DNA of 64,000 nt. Origin: an uncultured Clostridia bacterium. GTDB lineage: Bacteria > Bacillota > Clostridia > Christensenellales > CAG-138. The notes below the pieces were generated by a model, which saw only the letters and a list, made by a program, of their open reading frames with translations, made no database searches and had not been told where the DNA came from. Where the stretch lies: NCBI GenBank assembly GCA_947166925.1, contig CAMVGD010000002.1, positions 175-64,174 of the forward strand, read 5' to 3'. The position numbers were made by a program, and so were the translations under genes. This document shows positions 63,852 to 64,000 of this stretch, piece by piece; position 1 is the stretch's first letter, and each line of letters opens with the position of its first letter.

Positions 63852-64000
63852 ATGAAAGCATACGAACGTTTACTGAAGTACGTCGCCGTGCACACGACGA
63901 GCGACGAGGAAAGCACAACGGTCCCGACCGCCGCGCGCGAATTCGACCTTGCAAACATGCTCGTCGCGGAGCTCAAAGCGATCGGCGTTCATGACGCGGA
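63852..64000 (+). CDS. pepT: Peptidase T (tripeptide aminopeptidase), N-terminal fragment running off the window
   Basis: Own translation from ATG 63852 (RBS AGGAG): MKAYERLLKYVAVHTTSDEESTTVPTAAREFDLANMLVAELKAIGVHDA, matching the PepT N-terminus. Not in the ORF track (no stop in the window). Confidence 0.75.
   Translation, partial: MKAYERLLKYVAVHTTSDEESTTVPTAAREFDLANMLVAELKAIGVHDA

Overview
64-kb chromosomal segment from a high-GC (about 60% by eye, not computed) Gram-positive anaerobe. Gene content and GGAGG-type ribosome-binding sites suggest Clostridia, possibly Oscillospiraceae/Ruminococcaceae-like; this is inference only. I support about 55 protein genes. They include housekeeping and transport genes (MscS, Na/Pi-PhoU, MsbA-like ABC, tcdA, xpt-guaA behind a guanine riboswitch, pepF, aminotransferase, FakA/FakB-like pair, MATE, yjbQ, pepT). 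There is a beta-1,4-galactan utilisation locus (GH53, binding protein, two permeases, ATPase, GH2, GH36-like) and many secreted or lipoproteins with Pro/Thr linkers. There are three ECF-type sigma/anti-sigma modules, two of them tandem paralogues. Many long ORFs in the supplied track are antisense shadows or over-extended N-termini, and the track also uses GTG/TTG starts. No rRNA, tRNA or CRISPR array was seen. Items worth a second look: (1) a 201-bp perfectly identical, multi-helix element in two inverted copies 17.6 kb apart, embedded in a family of REP-like palindromes; (2) a low-GC, direct-repeat-bounded accessory insert directly downstream of guaA, with a serine-recombinase remnant and an ATPase flanked by twin hairpins; (3) a cytoplasmic ParB-like/BMP (nucleoside-binding-type) fusion protein divergent from xpt-guaA, with an array of 20-mers between them; (4) a secreted PIG-L deacetylase plus phosphodiester-glycosidase pair that recurs fused into one protein; (5) a sensor-domain swap in the duplicated sigma/anti-sigma module. 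All calls rest on reading the sequence and on family motifs I recognise. No database search was run.
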